DNA of 24,000 nucleotides from Clostridiales bacterium. GTDB lineage: Bacteria; Bacillota; Clostridia; Oscillospirales; Acutalibacteraceae. The translations under genes and the position numbers were made by a program. Of the stretch, positions 17,461 through 23,865 are shown piece after piece. The stretch's first letter is position 1; each line of letters begins with the position of its first letter. The notes beneath the pieces were generated by a model that saw nothing but the letters and a program-made list of their open reading frames with translations, made no database searches and was not told where the DNA came from. The DNA lies in assembly GCA_036756705.1 (NCBI GenBank), contig DAIOKN010000013.1, positions 30,957-54,956 of the forward strand. The letters run 5' to 3'.

Positions 17461-17913
17461 TTATAAAACTTCAACCCGGTCTAAGACGTATAGCAATACG
17501 CTTCCAATTGTGACCGCTTTATTGTTTTCGTCCCGAATAACGGCCCTTACGTTGCAGAGATTCCGGCCGACTTTTTCCGGGGCTGCGGTGCAAGTGAGCT
17601 TTTTTCCGCCGCCCGGGCGCAGAAATTGGAGGTTCATGGCCGCGGTGGTCACGTCGAGGCCGAGGCTGAAGCAGGAAAAGGCTGAGATCACGTCGACGAT
17701 GGTGCTGAGCGCTCCGCCATGGCAGGTGCCGTGAAGATTCAGATTCTTCTCTGACAGCACAATTTCACCTTTTGCCGTACCCTCGCCGAGATCGGTCAGG
17801 CACACATCGGAGGCGAGCGGATAACGCTCCTCCGTGTTGAATTTTTCAAAAAGGTACCGGTACCACAGTTCCTTGGTCCATGGCTTCCCATGATTTGTCT
17901 TGTCAAAGGCCAT
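17461..17913 (-). CDS. Hotdog-fold thioesterase, PaaI/EntH (4HBT class) family
   Basis: The LHGTCHGGALSTIVDV motif and ~150-aa size are typical of PaaI/YbdB-type thioesterases. Start set to ATG 17913 (MAFDK...), which has GAAGGA 8 nt upstream; the track ATG at 17922 overlaps that RBS. Confidence 0.85.
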   Translation of the reverse strand: MAFDKTNHGKPWTKELWYRYLFEKFNTEERYPLASDVCLTDLGEGTAKGEIVLSEKNLNLHGTCHGGALSTIVDVISAFSCFSLGLDVTTAAMNLQFLRPGGGKKLTCTAAPEKVGRNLCNVRAVIRDENNKAVTIGSVLLYVLDRVEVL

Positions 17914-18178
17914 TTCAATCATCCTTCGTTTGTTTTAGCGGTCCGGTTTTTAGCCGGGCTTGAAATTGCACTTTCATTTTATAAGAAGCAGTAGTGCGAA
18001 ACAAGTGGATTCACCGGATTTATATATCGGAACTCTCCGGATTTGCTTTGCAGACCATAAAAATTTCCTATCAATGCGGCGCCTGAAAAGCCATTTTACA
18101 TTGCTTTTTTTAGCCGGAATTGATCTTTTCCGTTAAAACAAGGGGAGATTTAAGAGACAATTTTAGATATTTCTACCG

Positions 18179-18207
18179 TTGACTTTAGAAATTTAAAGTG
18201 ATATATT
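18179..18207 (+). promoter_or_regulatory. Sigma-A-type promoter TTGACT-17 nt-(TGa)TATATT driving the leader and ABC operon
   Basis: -35 at 18179-18184, a 17-nt spacer, the extended -10 TG at 18199-18200 and -10 at 18202-18207, all read directly. Confidence 0.55.
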
Positions 18208-18245
18208 TAACTTAATTTAAAGTTCTGTGAAGGGAGATCCGCAAA

Positions 18246-18374
18246 ATGCACAGCGAAGTTTTCTGTAAATTTGTCCGCAATAACACCTGCGCAGCGGCGG
18301 GTCGATTTTACTATGCCTATTATTGCTTTTTTACGGGGTTAAAACATAATAGGCATGCCGCAACAGAACGATAA
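18246..18374 (+). CDS. 42-codon leader ORF rich in Tyr/Phe codons (candidate attenuation leader peptide)
   Basis: AAGGGAGA RBS 8 nt upstream of ATG 18246. The product is MHSEVFCKFVRNNTCAAAGRFYYAYYCFFTGLKHNRHAATER. Too short for the ORF track. Sits between a strong promoter and an intrinsic terminator. Confidence 0.5.
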   Translation: MHSEVFCKFVRNNTCAAAGRFYYAYYCFFTGLKHNRHAATER

Positions 18375-18407
18375 AGCCGAACACAAAACTTTTTTATTTT
18401 AAAAAAA

Positions 18408-18446
18408 GCAGTGGCTTGTCTGGAAAGGCAGGCCGCTGCTTTTTCT
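18408..18446 (+). terminator. Intrinsic terminator inside the 5' leader, 40 nt upstream of the SBP start (attenuator)
   Basis: GCAGTGGCTTGTCT GGAA AGGCAGGCCGCTGC followed by TTTTTCT: a 14-bp stem (11 Watson-Crick pairs plus 3 G-U) with a GGAA loop and an A-run upstream. Confidence 0.7.
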
Positions 18447-18485
18447 ATATTACCGTATTCAATCACAATAAGGGAGAGGGATAAC

Positions 18486-19505
18486 ATGAAAAAGAAAATC
18501 GCAGTATTGCTTCTGGCTGCTGCCACAGCCCTGTCGCTGACAGCGTGCAGCGGGGGTTCCAACGCCTCAAAATCCGGACCCTCGTCATCCGCTTCATCGG
18601 CCTCTAAAGCTTCGGCGGGGAAACACTATACGGTCGGAATTTGTCAGCTGGTGCAGCACCCCGCGCTCGACGCCGCCACCAAAGGTTTTCAAAAGGCCTT
18701 AACTGACAAGCTGGGCAGCAGAGTTACCTTCAACATGCAGAACGCGTCGGGTGATTCCCCCACCTGCGCGGTCATCTGCAATCAGTTCGTTTCTTCCAAT
18801 GTGGATCTGATCATGGCAAACGCCACGCCGGCGCTTCAGGCTGCCCAGACGGCTACCAGCAAGATCCCGATCCTCGGCACTTCCGTCACCGATTACGGCA
18901 CCGCCCTTGGCATCAGCAACTGGTCCGGCACGACCGGCAAAAACATCTCCGGCACCTCGGATCTGGCTCCCATTGAACAGCAGGCCAATCTGCTGCATGA
19001 GCTTTTTCCGAAGGCGAAGAAGGTCGGAATTATTTACTGTTCCGCAGAGCCCAACTCAAAATATCAGGACAAAGTGATCAAGAAAGCACTCACCAAGCTG
19101 GGCTACACCTGCAAGGACTACACTTTTTCCGATTCCAACGACGTTCAGTCCGTCACAAAGACGGCGGCTTCTGAAAGCGACGTAATCTATCTGCCTACGG
19201 ATAATACGGTCGCTTCCAATACGGGGATTATCAAAAACGTCTGCCTGCCTGCAAAAGTGCCGGTCATTGCCGGAGAAGAGGGCATTTGCGCCGGCTGCGG
19301 GGTTGCGACGCTTTCCATCAGCTATTACGACCTTGGCTACACAACCGGCGAAATGGCCTATGATATTCTGGTCAATCACGCGAACCCCGCCACCATGAAA
19401 GTGAAGTTTGCTCCCAAGTACACCAAAGAGTACAATCCCAGCGTTTGCAAGGCGATGGGGATCACGCTGCCCAGTGGTTTCAAGGCGATCAAAGCATCCT
19501 CCTGA
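18486..19505 (+). CDS. ABC transporter substrate-binding lipoprotein of the ABC_sub_bind family, commonly annotated as a putative tryptophan/tyrosine transport system SBP
   Basis: Start at ATG 18486 (AAGGGAGAGGG RBS). MKKKIAVLLLAAATALSLTACSGG is a signal peptide plus lipobox, followed by a Ser-rich linker. HYTVGICQLVQHPALDAATKGFQKAL and the overall pattern are characteristic of this SBP family. The track start 18411 would run through the terminator. Confidence 0.88.
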   Translation: MKKKIAVLLLAAATALSLTACSGGSNASKSGPSSSASSASKASAGKHYTVGICQLVQHPALDAATKGFQKALTDKLGSRVTFNMQNASGDSPTCAVICNQFVSSNVDLIMANATPALQAAQTATSKIPILGTSVTDYGTALGISNWSGTTGKNISGTSDLAPIEQQANLLHELFPKAKKVGIIYCSAEPNSKYQDKVIKKALTKLGYTCKDYTFSDSNDVQSVTKTAASESDVIYLPTDNTVASNTGIIKNVCLPAKVPVIAGEEGICAGCGVATLSISYYDLGYTTGEMAYDILVNHANPATMKVKFAPKYTKEYNPSVCKAMGITLPSGFKAIKASS

Positions 19506-19527
19506 CCTTTTGCCCCAATCGCCGCTT

Positions 19528-19549
19528 GCGGTCCCTGTAAGGGAGCCGC
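19528..19549 (+). other. Intercistronic hairpin between the SBP and permease genes
   Basis: GCGGTCCCT GTA AGGGA(G)CCGC: a 9-bp stem with one bulge. No clear U-tract. May stabilise the upstream SBP message; weak evidence. Confidence 0.2.
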
Positions 19550-19587
19550 TCCGGCCCTCCATTTTCAAGCATCAGAAAGGAAGCGCT

Positions 19588-20544
19588 ATGGATTTCATGA
19601 TGGCATATCTTTCATCTCTCAGCCCAATCAACCTGCTCATGGCGATTCCGGGCAATATTGCCCAGGGAATCATCTGGGGGATCATGGCTCTGGGGGTGTT
19701 AATCACATTTCGGCTGCTGAACTTTGCAGATCTGACGGTGGACGGCACTTTCGCGACGGGCGGCGCCGTGACGGTCGTGCTGATCCTCGCCGGCGCGCCG
19801 GTTCCGCTGGCCCTCGTTGCCGCGCTGGCTGCGGGGCTTCTCGCCGGTACCGTCACCGGTCTGCTGAACACCGTTTTAGGGATTCCGGAGATCCTGTCCG
19901 GGATCCTCACGCAGATTTCGCTCTGGTCTGTGAACCTGCTGATCCTGAGCGGGGCGAACAAGGCCGTCAATGTGGATGAGTATCCGCTGATTGTGACCCT
20001 GCGGAATGTAAAAAGCTCCATTGTCACCGCGCTCGTTTTTGCAGCGGTTCTCATCTGTATTCTGTACTGGTATTTCGGGACCGAGCAGGGGAGCGCCATC
20101 CGGGCCACCGGCTGCAACCCGCACATGGCCAGAGCGCAGGGCATCAATATCGATTTTATGAAGGTGCTCGCCATCAGCCTTTCCAATGGGCTGGTGGGCC
20201 TTTCCGGCGGGCTTCTGGCTCAATATCAGGGGTTTGCGGATATCAAAATGGGGCAGGGCTCCATTGTCATCGGGCTGGCCGCCGTCATCATCGGGGAAGT
20301 CTTGGGAGACGCGCTTTTGGGCAAATCTATGAATTTTGCCCTGCGTCTTGGATTTGTCGTGGTTGGCGGCGTTCTTTATTACCTTGTCATCGGCCTTGTC
20401 ATGTGGCTGAAAATGCCGACCGACCTGCTCAAGCTTCTTACGGCCGTCATTGTGGCGACATTCCTGGCGGTCCCTTATCTCAGGGCAAAATCCAAAAATT
20501 CCTTTGCACTCGCAGGCAAGAGAGGGGCGCAGAACCATGCTTAA
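19588..20544 (+). CDS. ABC transporter permease (branched-chain-type inner membrane component partnered with the ABC_sub_bind SBP)
   Basis: Start at ATG 19588 (GAAAGGAAG RBS). The 318-aa polytopic protein begins MDFMMAYLSSLSPINLLMAIPGNIAQGIIWGIMALGVL. Its stop overlaps the ATPase start (ATGCTTAA), indicating translational coupling. Confidence 0.88.
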   Translation: MDFMMAYLSSLSPINLLMAIPGNIAQGIIWGIMALGVLITFRLLNFADLTVDGTFATGGAVTVVLILAGAPVPLALVAALAAGLLAGTVTGLLNTVLGIPEILSGILTQISLWSVNLLILSGANKAVNVDEYPLIVTLRNVKSSIVTALVFAAVLICILYWYFGTEQGSAIRATGCNPHMARAQGINIDFMKVLAISLSNGLVGLSGGLLAQYQGFADIKMGQGSIVIGLAAVIIGEVLGDALLGKSMNFALRLGFVVVGGVLYYLVIGLVMWLKMPTDLLKLLTAVIVATFLAVPYLRAKSKNSFALAGKRGAQNHA

Positions 20545-21331
20545 ACTTTCCGGAATATGCAAAACATTCAATATCGGCACCGTCAATGAAAAAGCCGCTC
20601 TCTGCGGGATTGACCTCAATTTGAAAGAGGGCGATTTCGTGACGGTGATCGGCGGCAACGGCGCGGGAAAATCGACCATGCTAAACGCAATCGCAGGGGT
20701 TTGGCCCGTAGATAAAGGAACCATCTCGATTGACGGCACCGATGTGACTTCCCTGCCGGAATACAAGCGCGCACCGTATATCGGCAGGGTCTTCCAGGAC
20801 CCGATGATGGGAACCGCCGCCAATATGGAAATTGCAGAAAACCTGGCGCTGGCCATGCGCCGGGGGAACAGGCGAACGGTGCGCTGGGGAGTTACAAAAT
20901 CGGAGTGCAAGCATTACCGCGAAGCGCTGGAAAAGCTCGGCCTTGGCCTGGAAGACCGCATGACTTCCAAAGTGGGGCTTCTTTCCGGGGGCCAGCGGCA
21001 GGCCCTCACGCTGCTGATGGCGACGCTCCAGAAGCCGAAGCTTCTGCTTTTAGACGAACACACCGCGGCACTGGACCCCGCAACCGCCGCGAAAGTTCTG
21101 GAACTTTCCGATCAGTTTGTCGCGGAAAACAACCTGACTGCCATGATGATCACCCACAACATGACGGATGCCATCCGCCATGGGAACCGGCTGCTGATGA
21201 TGAACGCCGGAAAAATTATTCTGGATATTTCAGGGGAGGAGAAGAAAAAGCTCAAAAAAGCCGACCTTCTGCAAAAATTTGCCGAACTGGCCGGCGTGCA
21301 GGAAGAAACGGACGAGGTCCTTCTGTCGTGA
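20537..21331 (+). CDS. ABC transporter ATP-binding protein
   Basis: Walker A GGNGAGKST, signature LSGGQRQAL, Walker B LLLLDE and an H-loop ITHN. Start at ATG 20537 (MLKLSGICKTF). Confidence 0.92.
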   Translation: MLKLSGICKTFNIGTVNEKAALCGIDLNLKEGDFVTVIGGNGAGKSTMLNAIAGVWPVDKGTISIDGTDVTSLPEYKRAPYIGRVFQDPMMGTAANMEIAENLALAMRRGNRRTVRWGVTKSECKHYREALEKLGLGLEDRMTSKVGLLSGGQRQALTLLMATLQKPKLLLLDEHTAALDPATAAKVLELSDQFVAENNLTAMMITHNMTDAIRHGNRLLMMNAGKIILDISGEEKKKLKKADLLQKFAELAGVQEETDEVLLS

Positions 21332-21411
21332 AAGTGAGATACGGAACAGAACAGCAGACCCAGAACGTAGGCGATCAGCAAAATCACCACAAGATTTCCT
21401 GAACTGCGAAC

Positions 21412-22308
21412 TTATTGAAGCCCCATTTTAGTGAGCAATGCTCCCACGGCTTCCTTTGCGGCTGCCGAAAGGGACTGCCCGGGAAGACGCTCTGCGTGAC
21501 TTCCTCCAATCACGCGCTGATAAGCCGCTTCTTTGCAGGCCAGAAACATCGGCGTGCTGTACTGATAAACATCCATAGCTTCGGTCATCTTCTTTGCGCT
21601 TTTCACCGTGGCATCCATATCTCCGCGGTGAAAGCTCTGCCAGGTATTTACCGTAAATTCCGGGGAAAAGTTTGCGGTGGCATTGATAAATCCGTCAATG
21701 CCGAATGGTAGCGTGGCCAGGACGTGGTTTTCATAGGCAGCAAATACCATGAAATCCGGTTTCGACTTTTTGATGGTCAGCATGCTGCGGATATGTTCGG
21801 TGTCTGATACGGTTTCCTTGATACCGACGATATTCTCATGTTTCAAAGCAAGCCGGCGAACCAGCTCGGTCTGGCAGTCAAAGCCGGTAAGATCAGGAAA
21901 ATTGTAAATCAGAATGGGTAAAGAAGTGGAAGCCACGACCTCATCGTAGTAGGCTTCTACCATCTCCTCCGAATAGATGTTGAAGTAAGGGATAATTAAC
22001 AAAATACCATCGACACGGGCCTCTTCGGCTGTCGCGATTAGCTCCCGGACGTTGGAGAGACAAGTGTCGCCCACGCCGACAATGACATGCGCCCGATGGT
22101 TCACATAAGCGGTCATCTTACGGATGAATTCTTTTCTCTCTTTCAGAGTCAGAACACTGAACTCTCCGCTTGTTCCCAGATAAGAAAGCCCATTCACACC
22201 CTTTTCTATCAAAAAATCAGCCTGCTTTTTGTTTGCTTCCCAGTCCAAGTTTCCTTTTTCATCGAATATTGTGATGACGGGTGGATTGACTCCTGATAAA
22301 TTTATCAT
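21412..22308 (-). CDS. DHDPS/N-acetylneuraminate lyase-family class I aldolase or dehydratase (DapA-like; substrate unknown)
   Basis: GTSGEF motif, IYNFP Tyr and the Schiff-base Lys context IVGIKE. AGGAGG RBS 7 nt upstream. Co-transcribed with the IclR regulator, so more likely a keto-deoxy-acid catabolic enzyme than biosynthetic DapA (inference). Confidence 0.85.
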   Translation of the reverse strand: MINLSGVNPPVITIFDEKGNLDWEANKKQADFLIEKGVNGLSYLGTSGEFSVLTLKERKEFIRKMTAYVNHRAHVIVGVGDTCLSNVRELIATAEEARVDGILLIIPYFNIYSEEMVEAYYDEVVASTSLPILIYNFPDLTGFDCQTELVRRLALKHENIVGIKETVSDTEHIRSMLTIKKSKPDFMVFAAYENHVLATLPFGIDGFINATANFSPEFTVNTWQSFHRGDMDATVKSAKKMTEAMDVYQYSTPMFLACKEAAYQRVIGGSHAERLPGQSLSAAAKEAVGALLTKMGLQ

Positions 22309-22330
22309 ATGATTACCTCCTGTTTTGATC

Positions 22331-23110
22331 TTATTCCATAGGATTTTTCAGCTTGTTTTTGGGGGAGAGATATCCGCATTTCCGTGAAATATCGCGGGTC
22401 GCCTGAAGAATGGTCTTTACGACCAGTTCCCGTTTCTGAGTCATTCTTTCTCTGGGGCCGGAAACACTGACGGCGGCGATCACTTTGCTGTTAGCATCAT
22501 AGATCGGTGCAGCAGCGCACCACAGGCCTTCTTCAATTTCACCGTCGTCCACCGCATATCCCTGCCGTTTAAATTTCTCCATTTGCCGGTACAAATCCTC
22601 TTTTGAACGGACGGTATTGTCGGTAATTGGCTGAAACTGCAGTCCGGCAATCATGGCTTGACTTCGGTTTGGTTCCATAAAAGTCAAAAATGCTTTGCCC
22701 AGTCCGGTACAGTAAATAGGTTTCCGGCTGCCGATGCTGGCGTTTGTAGAAACGGTCTTTTCACTGTTAATCTTGGCCACATACACAACCTCATCGCCGG
22801 AAAGGACTGCCATAAATACTGTTTCGCTGACGATGTCCATCACCCATTGAAGCATGGGTGCGGCGATGCGGTTGATGTCGAGAAAAGCCGCGGCATTCAT
22901 GCCCAGACGAATCAGTCTGGGCCCCAGGGCATAGCATTTGTTTGTGTCTACCAGAAGATATTCGTTCTCACTAAGCGTTTGAAGGATTTCAAAAGTGCTG
23001 CTTCTGGCGTATCCTAATTGTTCGCCGACCTGTTTTGCCGTGAGTCCGCGCGGAAAATTTGAAAGAAGCTCAAAGATCCGCAGAACCCTTTCCGCTGATT
23101 TTACAGACAT
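22331..23110 (-). CDS. IclR-family transcriptional regulator
   Basis: N-terminal wHTH SVKSAERVLRIFELLSNFPRGLTAKQVGEQLGYARSSTFEILQTL plus a C-terminal IclR effector domain (GLGKAFL..., VSVSGP). Start set to ATG 23110 (GGAGGA 7 nt upstream) rather than the track's TTG at 23125. Confidence 0.9.
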   Translation of the reverse strand: MSVKSAERVLRIFELLSNFPRGLTAKQVGEQLGYARSSTFEILQTLSENEYLLVDTNKCYALGPRLIRLGMNAAAFLDINRIAAPMLQWVMDIVSETVFMAVLSGDEVVYVAKINSEKTVSTNASIGSRKPIYCTGLGKAFLTFMEPNRSQAMIAGLQFQPITDNTVRSKEDLYRQMEKFKRQGYAVDDGEIEEGLWCAAAPIYDANSKVIAAVSVSGPRERMTQKRELVVKTILQATRDISRKCGYLSPKNKLKNPME

Positions 23111-23131
23111 GAAATAATCCTCCAATTTAAC

Positions 23132-23149
23132 GGTTCACATATATGAACC
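23132..23149. promoter_or_regulatory. Imperfect palindrome GGTTCAcATATaTGAACC upstream of iclR; candidate autoregulatory operator
   Basis: The 6-bp outer arms GGTTCA/TGAACC are perfect and 16 of 18 positions are symmetric. Located 22-39 nt upstream of the iclR ATG, downstream of the candidate promoter. Confidence 0.35.
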
Positions 23150-23178
23150 TAATTCTCATACTTGTCAAAATTTATTCT

Positions 23179-23206
23179 ATTATAAATGACATTTTTCTAA
23201 AGTCAA
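23179..23206 (-). promoter_or_regulatory. Candidate promoter of the iclR operon: TTGACT-16 nt-TATAAT (minus strand)
   Basis: -35 is the revcomp of AGTCAA 23201-23206 and -10 is the revcomp of ATTATA 23179-23184, with a 16-nt spacer. Confidence 0.45.
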
Positions 23207-23350
23207 GCTTTTCCTACTACTTTTTCCTTAATGCACAAATTAGATCACACCCAAATTATTCATAAAGACTTCGACTGAAAGCGAAGAGGGTGCGGCGCAA
23301 TATCCCGGTGTAGGCCGGCATATCCATGAAAAATAGCATAGACAAAACGA

Positions 23351-23393
23351 GGGCGTACCGGATTGATTTCCGGGACGCCCTTCATTTTATTTA
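23351..23393. terminator. Orphan GC-rich hairpin with U-rich tracts on both strands (bidirectional terminator or insulator)
   Basis: GGGCGTACCGG (8-nt loop) CCGGGACGCCC: 10 bp plus one mismatch. The plus strand continues TTCATTTTATTT and the minus strand continues TCGTTTTGTCT. No CDS ends next to it. Confidence 0.5.
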
Positions 23394-23430
23394 TTATATG
23401 GTTCTGCTAAAGCGTTTTTTATTTTTCATC

Positions 23431-23459
23431 TTGAAATTTTACCAAATTATGGTTATAAT
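23431..23459 (+). promoter_or_regulatory. Near-consensus promoter TTGAAA-17 nt-TATAAT for the small hydrophobic-peptide transcript
   Basis: -35 at 23431-23436, a 17-nt spacer and -10 at 23454-23459, read directly. Confidence 0.55.
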
Positions 23460-23541
23460 ACTTTTGCAAAGGGCCTCGGGCGGTTCTTCCATTTCTAGGC
23501 AAAGGCTTTGGCACATAACCCAAGAAATGGAGGTGAGAAGC

Positions 23542-23619
23542 ATGGAAATGCTCTATGCTGCCTTGCTCCTTGTTGCAGCTACGGGCTACATACTCGTGCT
23601 CAGCAAGGCAAACAAATAA
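23542..23619 (+). CDS. 25-aa hydrophobic peptide MEMLYAALLLVAATGYILVLSKANK (candidate type I toxin or small membrane protein)
   Basis: GGAGGTGA RBS at 23529-23536. A single TM-like segment is followed by a Lys-rich tail. The 5'-UTR segment CTTCCATTTCT (23486-23496) is complementary to AGAAATGGAGG (23523-33), which covers the SD. Confidence 0.45.
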   Translation: MEMLYAALLLVAATGYILVLSKANK

Positions 23620-23695
23620 CCGCCCCCAGCCAAAGGAAAGCGGTTATCGTGAGTACATTGGACCGTCCACTTCGGTGGAGGGCCCTTTGCATTTC
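23605..23695 (-). ncRNA. Candidate cis-antisense RNA (antitoxin) overlapping the 3' end and 3' UTR of the small-peptide mRNA
   Basis: Bounded by the minus-strand promoter at 23702-23730 and a minus-strand hairpin ATAACCGC...GCGGTTAT (23616-23647), followed by TTGTTTGCCTTG. Contains the CCAC-(4 nt)-GTGG stem (23667-23678). The ends are estimates. Confidence 0.35.
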
Positions 23696-23701
23696 TATGA
23701 T

Positions 23702-23730
23702 ATTGTATGCAGCCAATTTCCATTTGTCAA
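23702..23730 (-). promoter_or_regulatory. Near-consensus convergent promoter TTGACA-17 nt-TACAAT on the minus strand
   Basis: -35 is the revcomp of TGTCAA 23725-23730 and -10 is the revcomp of ATTGTA 23702-23707, with exactly 17 nt between. It points into the 3' UTR of the 23542 ORF. Confidence 0.5.
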
Positions 23731-23745
23731 GAAATTTTTTCTTTG

Positions 23746-23780
23746 ATCGTTGGTAATAAACCGACGATTTTCTTTATTAT
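23746..23780 (+). terminator. Rho-independent terminator of the small-peptide transcript
   Basis: ATCGTTGG TAATAAA CCGACGAT (8-bp stem including one G-U) followed by TTTCTTTATTAT. Confidence 0.5.
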
Positions 23781-23865
23781 CTGAATGGACTATTCATGTT
23801 TTTTATATGTTCCTATTAAAATACTGCCTTATTATACGGTGAATATTTTTGGAGGTATAAGAGAA

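Noticed and set aside
18179-18191. The 13-nt string TTGACTTTAGAAA is shared by the ABC-leader promoter (18179-18191, +) and the iclR promoter (23206-23194, -). This could indicate a common regulator site.
   Set aside because: For 24 kb on both strands, several exact 13-mer coincidences are expected by chance (about N^2/4^13). Half of the match is just the -35 consensus, and the sequences diverge immediately afterwards.
18209-18485. T-box or another known riboswitch as the regulator of the ABC importer leader.
   Set aside because: I could not find the conserved T-box sequence or any riboswitch core I recognise. The RBS-preceded ORF with clustered Tyr/Phe codons overlapping segment 1 explains the structure better. 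Confirmation still needs an Rfam/Infernal scan.
18411-20536. N-terminally extended versions of the ABC genes given in the ORF track (starts at 18411, 19408 and 20450). The same issue applies to track starts 5193, 6325, 12911, 17922, 23125 and 23785.
   Set aside because: The extensions lack RBSs, overlap upstream genes or the leader terminator, and encode Arg/Pro-rich junk. Internal ATGs with good GGAGG-type RBSs give N-termini that match family expectations (signal peptide, Walker-A spacing, paralog alignment).
23326-23619. The 97-aa track ORF, and the overlapping ORFs at 23508-23756 and 23555-23746.
   Set aside because: The 97-aa ORF reads straight through an intrinsic terminator (23351-23393) and a consensus promoter (23431-23459), and has no RBS. 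Only its last 25 codons, preceded by GGAGGTGA, look translatable. The other two ORFs lack RBSs and overlap the antisense promoter region.
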